From Diplonema japonicum (taxonomy: Eukaryota > Protista > Euglenozoa: Diplonemea), in contig OZ025652.1 of NCBI GenBank assembly GCA_964019335.1, positions 839,677 to 903,676 of the forward strand: 64,000 bases of DNA, written 5' to 3'. Positions 1 through 11,200 of the stretch are shown here, piece by piece. Position 1 is the stretch's first letter; the number at the start of each line of letters is the position of its first letter. The notes below the pieces were generated by a model. The model saw nothing but the letters and a program-made list of their open reading frames with translations. It did no database searches and had not been told where the DNA came from. The position numbers were made by a program, and so were the translations under genes.

Positions 1-783
1 CTATCTGGACATCGCCCCTATACCTATACGATGCCTTCGGGCAAGTGGTAAACAACTCGTCCACACCTGACCATAGAAGAGAGAATAAAATAAAAAAAGA
101 TCCTTACCAACACAAGGCACAGGGGTGAATTAAACGCAGCTGATGTTCTTCGCGACAAACTGGTAAGCTCGGCTGTACCTGTCTCACCCAAGATGTACTT
201 TGTGCTTTTGTAATACCTCACATGATGAGACCAATCACCCATTCTTCTTTCCCCAAATGAACAGGCACAAGTGTCTGTTGTGCTTCTACCCCTGGATTTG
301 ACAGTTTCTATTTTGTCTGAAGATCACATTTCCTCTTTTTTGCCCGACGTGCCTTCTCATTCGTGCACGAGTGCTGACAGCCCGCCCTCCCTCTCTGTTA
401 CTGCTTGCTTGATAAAACCCTTGGTTTTTGTGAATCCATTCAAGCCCTTGTATTCATGTCAAGCTTCACCCCTAAGTTGGACCTTGCTTATTTCCCTGAT
501 GCATCGCCCCACTTGAGTGACCCCTTTGGGCGACCAGCAGCAGAAGGGCACGCTTGCTTCCTCGTAACTGTCGTGTTCTCATTACTGTTTGGGAGAGATA
601 TGTGGAAAAAGACAGAAAAAGAGGAAGGAAGGGGTCTATCTGAGTCAAGTGGTAACAACTCGTGCATATCACATATGTTCGGCCAAAGGGAAGTAGCTTT
701 TGTGGAATCAAGTATCTTTTCCTGAAATCGCCCACTTACACCACAATGAATCACTACCAACACAAACCACACCACTCACACAG

Positions 784-1885
784 ATCTATGAAGTGCAGAA
801 GAAGGCTAATCAGGAGACCTCGCAGATGAAGGACGCGAAGCGCAGGTTGAAGCAGAGGTGCGAGACTGACCTGAAGCACATCCACGATGCGATCCAGAAG
901 GCAGACTTGGAGGACGCAGAGTCGATGAAGAGGTTTGCGGCGATGAAGGTGTGAAAAAAGAAGGGAAAGTAAACAAAGAAAATCAAAAAAACAGGACAAG
1001 AGTGAGAGGTTCGTGAAGGAGAACCTCGAGAAGCAGGAGGAGTGCTGGAGGAAGATCCAGGACCTCGAGAGACAGCTGCAGAAGCAGGGAACAGAGAGGT
1101 TCGAGGAGGTGAAGAGGAGGATCGAAGAGAACGACAGGGAGGAGAAGAGGAGGGTGGAGTACGCACAGTTCTTGGAGGTGGCTTCTCAGCACAAGAAGCT
1201 GTTGGAGCTGACTGTGTACAACTGCGACCTCGCGATCAGGTGCACGGGGTTGATCGAGGAGCTTGTGGCTGAGGGGTGCAGCGCGGTGAAGGCGAGGTAC
1301 GACAAGACGAACCAGGAGCTATCGGACCTGAGGATCAGGGTGCACAAGGAGCACCTGGAGTACTTCAGGATGCTGTACCTCACGCTCGGGTCCCTCATCT
1401 ACAAGAAGGAGAAGAGGTTGGAGGAGATCGACAGGACCATCAGGAGCACGCACATCCAGCTGGAGTTCTGCATCGAGACCTTCGACCCGAACGCGAAGAA
1501 GCACTCCGACCAGAAGAAGGAGCTGTACAACCTGCGGCACTCTGTGGAGGAGGAGCTGGGCCTCCTGAAGGAGAAGCAGGCAAAGGCGATGGACGACTTC
1601 AAGGAGTCCGAAGAGGCCCTCGACGCTGCGGGGCACGAGTTCCAGCACCCTGTCGACGAGAACAACGAAGAGGTCCTCTCCAGGAGGTCAAAGATGGTCG
1701 AGTACAAGGTACAATATTACATTAAAATAGATTTAAAAAAACAAAAACAGGCACACTTGTCGAAGCAAGAAGAGGTTAAAATCGCGGCAGAGCGTGAGGA
1801 GATCAAGAGGGCGAAAGCTTTAAAAACTACACAGCAGTCGACCATCGCCTCCAATCCGAACGACCTTGTGAAGCCCTTGGAGTAA
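784..1885 (+). CDS. PFR1: Paraflagellar rod protein 1, 3' part (5' exons lie upstream); exons 784-948, 995-1708, 1751-1885
   Basis: KDAKRRLKQRCETDLKHIHDAIQKADLEDAE, EHLEYFRMLYLTLGSLIYKKEK and HPVDENNEEVLSRRSKMVEYK match PFR1 rather than PFR2. GT-AG introns 949-994 and 1709-1750 restore the continuous protein. Acceptor CAG at 781-783. Confidence 0.93.
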
Positions 1886-2082
1886 AAGTCATTGTTCCAC
1901 TGTGTAAATACAGACAGACCGGTGCCTTGGAAGGACAGGCACTCGTGTACAGCACACTTAACTATTCGTACTAGGCCATGGCGATGTGGCCTGGTGTTAT
2001 TACTCTCTTTTATGTTTCTACATAATTAAAATCCTATTTATTTAATCTTTATTAAAGACAGCGCTGAGTGCACGCAGGCAAG

Positions 2083-3015
2083 ATGGTGACAGAAGAATCA
2101 AAGGAGGAGACGAAGCTCTCGAATGAACACTTCTCAGCAGTGGGTTTGAGCAGCATGCTGCAGTCATTGGACTGTGTTGACAAAAGGCACGAGGTGGCGG
2201 AGCTGATTAGATATCATAGCAATCACGAGAGTGTGATCTTGCAAGTGTGGAAGAGGGAGGTGCTAAAGGCGCCGTGCGAGAAGGTCCCGCAACTGCTGTT
2301 CCTGGGTGGCGATGTTATGATGATGTGCTGTAAGGACGTGCCGTCGCTGGCAGCAGGCGTAGGAAGGCTCCTCCCACGACTCATCGCCACACTGCTGCAC
2401 CAGACACATGCTGACAAAGCGCAGATCCTGCACACCACACTGTACAACCTGGTGCGGAAGCTCTCGACGAACACATACATTCCAAAAGAGTGGGTGCAGT
2501 CTATCCAGACAGCACTCCATCACAAGATAGAGGTCACCGAGTACGGGTGGGTGCACGAGGGGTTGGGGGAGGTTGACAAGCTGTGGGTGTCAGCAAGAAG
2601 TTGTTTCGCCAAGGCGACAAAGGAACGGGAGAAGCTGAAAGGGTTGCACAAGAGGATGCGTGAGTTCCAGATCGAGAAATCCAAGCTGCCTGGCACACTA
2701 GAAAACATGAAAGCGCTAGCGGAGAGCCACTTAAAGCACTGCGAGAGGTACGATGAGGACATCAAAATGATTAAGAAGATCCTAGACGAGAAGGTCATGA
2801 ATAACACCGCTTCAGAACTGGTGCAGCTGTCAGCAAAGAGACGTAAAACAGAACAATTGCAGCAGCAACCAAAACTGCCCCCGCAGCAGGGTACTCCTGT
2901 GAAGCCCGCACCCGACGCGCCAGCACAGAGCCCAGGGGACGATAACAGCGATATGTACAGCAGTGCGGACGATGATAGTGGCTCCGAGGATTCAGTGAAG
3001 TTCCACTTGGGTTAG
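2083..3015 (+). CDS. Divergent CID (CTD-interacting, RPRD/Rtt103-like) domain protein with coiled coil and acidic tail
   Basis: N-terminal LIRYHSNHESVILQVWKREVLKAPCEKVPQLLFLGGDVMMMC resembles the CID consensus (H..H...IV..W..EL.KA......LYLANDV). First ATG at 2083. Confidence 0.6.
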   Translation: MVTEESKEETKLSNEHFSAVGLSSMLQSLDCVDKRHEVAELIRYHSNHESVILQVWKREVLKAPCEKVPQLLFLGGDVMMMCCKDVPSLAAGVGRLLPRLIATLLHQTHADKAQILHTTLYNLVRKLSTNTYIPKEWVQSIQTALHHKIEVTEYGWVHEGLGEVDKLWVSARSCFAKATKEREKLKGLHKRMREFQIEKSKLPGTLENMKALAESHLKHCERYDEDIKMIKKILDEKVMNNTASELVQLSAKRRKTEQLQQQPKLPPQQGTPVKPAPDAPAQSPGDDNSDMYSSADDDSGSEDSVKFHLG

Positions 3016-3063
3016 TGTTTTAGTGTTTACTTTGCGCTCTTTTTTAAACATTACAGGTTGGCC

Positions 3064-3498
3064 ATGTGTCCAGCCACGTTGGCTTACACAGAACTCCGAG
3101 ACGCACTTCGAAGGTGGTGTGACAAAGAGTGCAATGACAACTGTATCCCAGTTGTGAAAGACATAGTTAAAAGGTTCCAGCAAATGGGGCACAAAGCTGG
3201 CGCGAAAATTGACTGGTGCGAAGCCAGGTATCCTTGGGCACTGCACGGAGCACACAACTCATGCATTGGCAAGGTGCTGCTGAAGTGGTATGCCTTCGAG
3301 GAAAACGTCCTGACGGGCTTCACCATCAGGAAGTCATTTCTGGTGTGTGACAGCTCGTTCAAAAGGGCCAGTGTGTTGAAGCATTGGTCGCAGGCGTTGG
3401 ACGACAACTTCGAGTTACGAAAAAAGGTGATATTACTGATGGCACTGTGTCGCCACCATGTGTGTGATGATGTCAAAAAGTGCATCTTTTCTTACTAA
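3064..3498 (+). CDS. Hypothetical protein
   Basis: Open frame fills the gap between two genes and is preceded by ACAG. No family recognised. Confidence 0.55.
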   Translation: MCPATLAYTELRDALRRWCDKECNDNCIPVVKDIVKRFQQMGHKAGAKIDWCEARYPWALHGAHNSCIGKVLLKWYAFEENVLTGFTIRKSFLVCDSSFKRASVLKHWSQALDDNFELRKKVILLMALCRHHVCDDVKKCIFSY

Positions 3499-3544
3499 CT
3501 TGATTATTGATTGCCTTTGTTATGGTCTTTAAGCTACCACAGGA

Positions 3545-5179
3545 ATGTCGGATGCACGGGATCAGTTGGTGAATGACTCCTTCGTCTCCACGCAGTCGCA
3601 GGTGTCGAACAAGTCGTCGATGGTGCCGAAGTCCATGCCCAAGGTGTACGAGGGCGATGTAGGCCTTGCAAGGATAGGGTGCTTCATGGGTGGTGTCATT
3701 GATGACTACAAGAGGCGGTTGCCCCACTACGCCAGCGACATCTTCGATGGGTTCGACAAGAAAACTATCAGCAGTGCTTTGTTCATGTTCTTTGCTACAT
3801 TCTTCTCCACTGTGGCTCTGGGAGTTCTCATTCAGGACAACACCAACAAGGCCATTGGAACAGAGGAGTACCTTCTCATGAACTCTATTGCTGGCATGCT
3901 GCACGCCCTTTTAGGATGCCAGCCTTTGCTGGTACTGCGACCCACAGGGCCCATCACGGCTATCATCACAACGCTCCACTCGCTTGCTTCAACTTTCGAC
4001 CTGGACTTCCATCAGTACCTTGCGGCAACTGGCATCTTTGTAGGTATCTACATGATCCTCGTAGCGGGCTTGGAGCTATCACGGTGGATAGCGTACCTTA
4101 CCAGGTACACGCACGAAATCTTCGCCTTCTTTGTATGCAGCATCTATATACACGACGGCATAGCCGACATAGTGAAGCACTTCCATGTGGACACTGACGA
4201 GGCCTTTGGAAAGTCCATCTTCTTGCTGGTGCTAGCAGGCACCACCTTCGTCCTGAGCATGTTCTTGAACTTTGCACCAAGATGGTCCGTCTTCACACCC
4301 AGCACCCGTGAGTTCCTCTCCGACTACGCAGTCACTATCTCCGTCTTTATCACGATAGGCATGAGTTACGTGTTTGGCTCGCATGCTGAGGTCGATAGGG
4401 TGGAGATGCCTGCTGATAGATTCACCCCGACGCTGCAGGGAAGGTCATGGGTGACAGACTTCTCAGATGCCCCTTTCAGGTTGTGGCCCCTCGCTGCGGG
4501 GTCGGCTCTTCCTATTGTTTTCTTCTTTTTCATGGACCAGAACGTGTCATCGCTTTACACGCAGCTCCCATCTATGCAGCTAACTAAAGGCAGCTACTAC
4601 CATTCGAGCTTCTTATGCATGGGGCTCTTCAACATTATCTCGCCTTCCTTCGGGCTGCCCTTCGTGACAGGCTCGCTGCCCCACTCGCCGCAGTTTGTTA
4701 AGGCGCTGACTTGCACGGAACAGTGTGCAGAAGACAGTGATGCTGATGCAGAGAAGAAGAACATCTACGTTAGCGAGAACAGGATAGCACCCTTTTTGAT
4801 GTACTTGATGATCGGGGTACCCGTCACGATTCCCTCTGTGCTGGAGAAGATCCCGAAGGCATGTATCGACGGCATCCTTGTCTACGTCGGTGTCGCGGGG
4901 CTGCTTGACACACAGCTGTGGGAACGGGCGGTGTGCTTTCTTCGGTCGCATGTCATGTTCCCTAGTCCCTACAACGAGCTCCCGTTGCGCACTGTTCATA
5001 AGTATACTGCAATACAGCTGCTACTGCTAGCCGTGTGCTGGGGTGTCAACCTCTCACCTGCCTCACTGCTGTTCTCTGTCATCGTGGTATCGATCGTGCC
5101 CTTCAGGTCGCATGTCATCCCCAGACTGTTCCCCGACCCTTTGGTCCTGCACATCCTCGACTCTGAACACCAATCGTAG
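3545..5179 (+). CDS. SLC4/BOR family bicarbonate/borate transporter
   Basis: DYKRRLPHYASD, LGCQPLLVLRPTGP, TRYTHEIFAFF, FFFMDQNVSSL, KGSYYH, GLPFVTGSLPHSP and VSENRI motifs; multi-pass TM. Confidence 0.92.
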   Translation: MSDARDQLVNDSFVSTQSQVSNKSSMVPKSMPKVYEGDVGLARIGCFMGGVIDDYKRRLPHYASDIFDGFDKKTISSALFMFFATFFSTVALGVLIQDNTNKAIGTEEYLLMNSIAGMLHALLGCQPLLVLRPTGPITAIITTLHSLASTFDLDFHQYLAATGIFVGIYMILVAGLELSRWIAYLTRYTHEIFAFFVCSIYIHDGIADIVKHFHVDTDEAFGKSIFLLVLAGTTFVLSMFLNFAPRWSVFTPSTREFLSDYAVTISVFITIGMSYVFGSHAEVDRVEMPADRFTPTLQGRSWVTDFSDAPFRLWPLAAGSALPIVFFFFMDQNVSSLYTQLPSMQLTKGSYYHSSFLCMGLFNIISPSFGLPFVTGSLPHSPQFVKALTCTEQCAEDSDADAEKKNIYVSENRIAPFLMYLMIGVPVTIPSVLEKIPKACIDGILVYVGVAGLLDTQLWERAVCFLRSHVMFPSPYNELPLRTVHKYTAIQLLLLAVCWGVNLSPASLLFSVIVVSIVPFRSHVIPRLFPDPLVLHILDSEHQS

Positions 5180-5456
5180 TCGTTCCAATCTTTCGACATG
5201 TCGCAAACGCCGCGTCGGTGGCGTGTGTGTCTTTCTTTCCGTTGCCACAAGTTCCCCCTATCATGGTTGTTTTGTTTCTTTTTTCGCTCTCTCTCCTTTT
5301 GCGTTGGCTTTGTTTAGGGAAATTTATCGAGTCGCACAAAGCAAACACTACCTTACTTGTAAACGTTCATCTTTTCCTTTCCCACTACTGTAGTATACAT
5401 TCCCCTTCACTATACGAAAGTGAAAATAATCCATTCACAGCACCTATTTGGTCAAC

Positions 5457-5900
5457 ATGCTCAGCAAGGAATGGGAGATCATCACAATTGTGTCCGCTGT
5501 GCTTGCAGTCATAGGCGCAGGGGTGATGTGCTTTTTGAAGAAAGAGAAAGAAGACATCAGAGACAGGTGTGAAATGGAGGCGAGGCGGAAGATGTTCAAT
5601 GATGATCGTCAGCGCCAAACAAAATTTGTAGCTACACCTTGTGCAGAACCACAGCTCCAGCAGCAGTACCATAAGCCGCAACAGCAGGCAATGTCAGCTG
5701 CTAGCGTGGACTCTATTGCTGTCTCTGTAGACATGCTCCCTACTTCCGATACGGCTAGCCATTCACCTCTTCCGGTGCTAAGCGAGCCCCCTTCACGTCC
5801 CACGACACCCATGTCGCCCCCAAGGAGGTTGAGGCCAAGCAGGTCCCTAACACCAACGCATACACTTTCCCAACCCACAATCGTTGTTGGTCACTTCTAG
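5457..5900 (+). CDS. Small single-TM protein with Pro/Ser-rich tail
   Basis: ATG follows CACAG; hydrophobic IITIVSAVLAVIGAGVMCFL is followed by KKEKE. Confidence 0.6.
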   Translation: MLSKEWEIITIVSAVLAVIGAGVMCFLKKEKEDIRDRCEMEARRKMFNDDRQRQTKFVATPCAEPQLQQQYHKPQQQAMSAASVDSIAVSVDMLPTSDTASHSPLPVLSEPPSRPTTPMSPPRRLRPSRSLTPTHTLSQPTIVVGHF

Positions 5901-6394
5901 CTGCCTTAATTCCTATTATGTTCAGGTTTGTTTTCTTTTTTTTCCTTGCTTTTGTTTCTCCCTTTTTTTGAACCTATTTCTCTTTGGTCTTGCTTCCATT
6001 TTGTTATACACCGTTATGTCTGACTTCCTTTTTTTGAATGTTGCAGCCTATGCTGATAGAGCGCAAAGCCGCAAGAACATTTATTTCTGTCTGCTCATGT
6101 CCTTTTATTAGGAAGGCATTGCAATCCGCACTGATGGCCTTTGCCAGTTATCATTTGTGCAGCCTTAACCCCCCCCCCCCCCCCCCCTTGTCTCCTAGCA
6201 TGTGCGAACAACTTACACATGTCTGCGACCGTGATATGGCTAGATACATATCTTTTTATATGCGAACCTGCAGTTCCAACCCATGCTTTTCTTCTTCTTT
6301 TCTTTCGTGCATTTTTCTTTTTCTGCCCGGCTATTGTTATTGTTGAGCATCCCAATAGACATGCAAGCTTCTAAGTTCACATTGCAGAGCCGTC

Positions 6395-8132
6395 ATGACC
6401 CGAATAGTGCAATGGGGCACCCTCAGGAGGTTCAGGAGGTACCAGTCGACGAAGGAGGGAAAGGATGTGAAACAAGAAGAGAAGACGAAGGTGGCGCAGG
6501 GTAACAAAACACCTGTAGCGGGGTTGAAGCCAGTTCGGCGGAAAACACGAGGTGAGGTCCAAACAGGACCCAGGTTTCAGGCTTTGTATGGAGAGAAAGG
6601 GTGGACAGAAGATACAGTAGATAGAATGGATGAAGTAGCGAAGGAGGTGAGAGGGGGTTACGTGTCATCCGACCCAAACACGAAAGACATAGGAAGAGGA
6701 CCCAAGCCGCAGTGGACGTTTCTTGATGCCCCACCCAAAGGGTGGTGGCCTGTTGGTGAGTGGCAAATAGGAGCACCTCCCGACGACACTGGGCGGCCTG
6801 CTACGCCCTCCAACATGATGCACTGCCCTTCGAAAGTGGTGAAACATGGGAAAAGTTCAACCGATCGGTCGAAAGAAGCCCGCGACGTGTGGCTTGCAGA
6901 CATGGGCCCCCATATGCGGCTTGCAATGGCGATATCGAGGCGCCTTACAAAGAAAGAACGCGACAAGGTGCGATTTGTTCAATCGATCTCTCTGCTTCTC
7001 ATCATCTTGTTTTCCTGTATTCTCGCAAGTCAGCTGTATGTTCTTTTTAAATGTCTCCTTTTTTTTGGGTGGTGGGGATAATACAGAAATATGGAAATAT
7101 AAAGAAGTACATCAGATGTGTACATCAGATGTGTTGTTCGCTGTTGACCTCCACGTCGGTCATCACCGGTAACGCCCGAGTGGAAGAACGTATTGAAGAT
7201 GCTCAGGGTGACGAACAGGCAGCAAACTGCACGGGCTACCAGGGAGGGTTGAGTTGCCACCGCACGCATTTGGAACAGAAGGACACGACGCGGAACGCAG
7301 AAGAAGCTACAGCTAGGCCGAGGCGCGCCTCCTGAAATCAAGTAGACGATGCTTGAGCAGGGCCCTGCCACATACTGCAGGCACCCTTAAATCGTCTCTT
7401 TTTTTAATTTAATTCCGCAAAGTTACATGAGAGAAATTCTGCAGAACCATAAAAATCAGAAATCATGACTAGTAAATGCAAAGTGCAGAATAAATGCAAA
7501 GTAATAGGCTAAATTTGGCTTTAAAAAAGTGCCGTAAATGCAAAGTAAATCTGATTTTTACTCTGAGCAATTTTCGGAGTTTTTCAGTATCCGTCTTCAT
7601 TTTTTGAATCTGGCGGCCGCTGACACTGCCGTAGGTCAGTGGTCAGGACCCTCGGTCGTGGGTTCAAGCCCCGAAGGTCCGATTTGTTGACCCCGATTTT
7701 CCAAAAAAAAGTTCGCTCATATAAATCAGTGCCCGTCGGGAAGTAAACAATAAATATAAACACAGTTACGTTCTCTACAAGCGTTGGGTGTTCCTCACCA
7801 ACACGGCCCTCAACTCCGAAGACTACAAGCTGCGCCTCATAGCCAACCAACTGAAGACCGTCGAGTCTGTGCGAGGGAAAGAATTCACAGTGTTTCTTAC
7901 AGAACTCTGGGTATGCCATCACGTAGTACGTTGTCACATTTTACAGGAAACCTTCCCTGTCCCGAATGAGTTGGAAGCAGAGATGGAGCTCGTCTGGCGG
8001 GAGTGCATCAAGAAGGGTTGGATCAAACTCGGTGAGGATGAGGAGCATTTCATTGCAGAACCGTTTAAAATGAAGTACATCCAACCAAAGGGGGTGAACG
8101 TTACTAACGAGTTGTTAACAGGAATACAGTAG
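6395..8132 (+). CDS. Hypothetical single-TM protein, possibly mitochondrial; exons 6395-7035, 7766-7910, 7947-8132
   Basis: Arg-rich N-terminus MTRIVQWGTLRRFRRYQS. GTATG donor at 7036 and ACACAG acceptor at 7765 join in frame (ASQL-YVLYKRWVFLTN). Second intron 7911-7946. Confidence 0.65.
7068..7344 (-). repeat. Dispersed ~280-bp repeat, copy 1 (intronic; SINE-like, poly-T on its left = poly-A tail on the minus strand)
   Basis: Closely similar to 44096-44361 (ggtggtggggataa...gatgtgttgttcgctgttgacctcc...aatcaagta). Confidence 0.85.
7628..7680 (+). other. tRNA-derived fragment / Pol III A-box + B-box (SINE head or pseudo-tRNA)
   Basis: TAGGTCAGTGG (7632-7642) and GGTTCAAGCCC (7661-7671). The 18-nt spacing is too short for an anticodon arm. 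Confidence 0.55.
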
Positions 8133-8220
8133 ATTAGTGAGGTTCGTACAGTAAATTATTACATTTTGCGCAACCAGAGTATCACAGGGCACAAGGATGC
8201 TGGACTGCCAACTACGGTAG

Positions 8221-11200
8221 ATGGAGGAAAGTGCTAAGATGATGACGGAAGGCTCATGGCGCAGAAGCGGCATGGCTGCTGTCAGCTTGCAGCGCAACCC
8301 GGAAAGGTCGCTGGCTCAGCTGAAGGGGCTGATCGCAGCGTTGAAGACGAGGAACGATGAAGTGAGACAAGAGATCACATTAAAGATAAAGTCCATAGTA
8401 GAGGAGCTGAAGAAGGGTTCCCCTGATGAATTCAGCAGGCTCATGCAAGAAGTGAACCAAACTATTTTCAAATTGGTGCAAGAAGATCCTATTGACTTGT
8501 GGGCGGGCATAGGTGCTATTGGAGCCCTTTTAGATGTGGTCGATCCCACAGCAGCACAACTCGCACAGCTGGGCAACTACACGAGACTTGCACTACGCAA
8601 CTCAGACAAATCAACTGTCACAGCAGCCACACGCACTTTGGGTAGGCTCGCAAAGAAGGGCGGTGTTCTCACAGCAGAACACATCGAACGTGAAGCGAAG
8701 AAGGCGCTTGAAGCACTGTCAGAAAGGGACGTGAAGGATATCAAGCTTTACACAGCAGTGTTGGTGGTCAAAGAGCTTGCTCTTAACGTGCCTGCATTGT
8801 TCTTTCCATACGTCGAGAAGTGCATCAAGCCCATCTGGACCGCTATCAGAGACAGCAGTCTGCATATACGCGAAGCTGGCTGTGCTGCCTTGAGGGCTTT
8901 ACTCGACATATTAAGCACACACGCCGACTCTCACTCCCATGCGGCCTGGTACACGTATGTCTGGGAGCAGTGCAAGATAGGTCTTAAATCTCGCGACTCT
9001 TCACTCAACCATGGTGCTCTGCTTTGTGTAGGTGATGTGTTCCACAACACAGGCCCTTTTCTTTATGATAAGTACCCTGAGACGTACCGCGCTGTTGCTG
9101 CCCATCGCGACAATTCCAATATCATGATCAGGCTTGCCGTGCTGCGTGCCATCCCCGCTTTGGCATGGTATGCCCGGATTGACTTTCGTGCTCTCTTCTT
9201 GTCTGACACACTGGTGCACTTGTATGCTTCTGTCAAAAAAGACAACAAAGAGGAACGTGTCGCAACACTAGCAGCTATCGCCGAGCTCAGTGCAGCGGTA
9301 GGGACTAATGCTTGGAAACCACACTCGAGCACAGCTTTACAAGCTGTGAAAGGCGTCATCGAAAGGAAGAGCAAATTCACCCCCGAGGCCCTCCCCACAT
9401 ACGCAACACTGGCGGCAATGGTACCACCTGGGGTCGAAAAGCAGGTGGCTGACTTCATCGACCCGCTCTACGCAGGAGGCGTGTCGTACTCGTTGGCCGA
9501 AGCCCTCGAGACCTTGGTGATGGCATTCCCTTCTTTGAAAAACAAAATACAGTCCAAGCTGCTGGATTCGTTGTCCAAAGCTCTTACAGGGCAGTCCCAC
9601 ACAACGAGTGCAAGCATCTCTGACACCTCACCGCCACGGTTTGAGGACATACACCGTGCTTTGAGGATTCTGCGCACGTTTGACTTCCACCCAAGAGATC
9701 TCGGGCCTTTTGTTAGGGATTGCATCATCAAGTTCCTCGATGACGAGTCTGCTGTTGTGCGAAAGGAAGCAGCTCTCACATGTGCTGCAATAGCGGTGCC
9801 CCGGAAGCATGCAATGATAGTTACGAGGGGAGGGAACATGTCTCCTGACAGAAGTCGAGCACGCTCGAGGTCGCCCTCTTCGCACGTGCAGCCGTCAAGG
9901 GCTTTGACAAAAATAAGCGAAGTCGCTTTAGACTGGACTAAAGATGCTGCCACAACCAGAGGACACAAGGGTATCTTGGTCTCAGATGTTGTAGAAAGAC
10001 TTCTCTCAATTGCTGTTGCAGACCCCGACCCTCAAATACGCCTCGCCATCTTCAGCAGTCTGGACGGAAGGTTTGCGAACCATTTGGCCACTGTAGACAG
10101 CCTTCGATTCCTGTTCATGTCCATCAGCGACGAGGAGTTCGAGATCCGCATGCTCGTTACAGGTATTGTAGCAAAGCTTGCACCGCTGAACCCAAGCCAT
10201 GTCCTGCCGTGCATACGTAAGCAGCTTCTGCAACTGCTAACGGTGCTTGAGCACTCGGTTGACTACCACACGCAAAACGAGTCGCTAAAGTTGCTCACAA
10301 TCCTTACGAGGTCTGCACCCAAGGTCATGGCGACTTACACGCAGTCTGTAGTCGACACACTCAAACTACGAATGAACGAGTTGATGAGTGACGCGGATGT
10401 TGCCATCTCCCTTTTGAACACCGTATCGGCTACGGCGGAAGCAGTGGGCGAGGATATGTTACAATATTTACGTTCCTTTTTGCCCCTAATCATCAAGGTC
10501 CTCAAGGGTCGGTCTTCGGCTCCGAAGCTTGATGCGGCATTGCGTGCATTAGGGAGCCTTGTGCAGTTCACGGGGCATGCAATTAAGCCCTATGAGCAGT
10601 ACCCCGACCTGTTGCCAGTGCTCTTCTCCATCCTGAAGTGCGACACTTCTGACGTTACACTCCGTGAGACAATTAAAGTACTGGGCATTATTGGAGCACT
10701 CGATCCGTTTAGGAAGAAAATCTTAGATATTGAGAGAACTGAAGCTACGCACATGGAAGCACTGAACATGAAATCCGAGGGCTACTTCACCAAGGTGGTG
10801 CTGAAGAGCTTGGTTGTTATCATGAACGACGCCACTCTGCAAACGTACCACAAAAGCGTTGTGCAAACAATTGTGAACACATGTAAGAGCACCCATGGGA
10901 ACCTGTCGCAGGTACTGTCCATTGTACTTCCCCCATTCATCTCAATACTGCGCAAGAGGGGCCCTGACACCGATCTCACTACAACAAAGTATTTGCTGGG
11001 ACAGCTCTCGGTATTAGTCCCCCTATGTGGTGTCAGCATCAACCAGTACTTGTCATCTCTGCATTTACTCGTTACGACATTTTTCAACAAAGAAGCGACT
11101 CTTGGTGTGGTGCTTCACCTGATAGCTGAGCTTGCGACAGCATGCCCTGCCGACTTCAAGGCCTATCTACCACCTTTGCTCCCACGTGTCTTGATCATCC

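Noticed and set aside
1-783. Short ORFs on both strands
   Set aside because: No motifs; more likely intron or degenerate repeat sequence upstream of the PFR1 exon.
7628-7680. Functional tRNA gene
   Set aside because: No room for an anticodon arm and no convincing acceptor stem.
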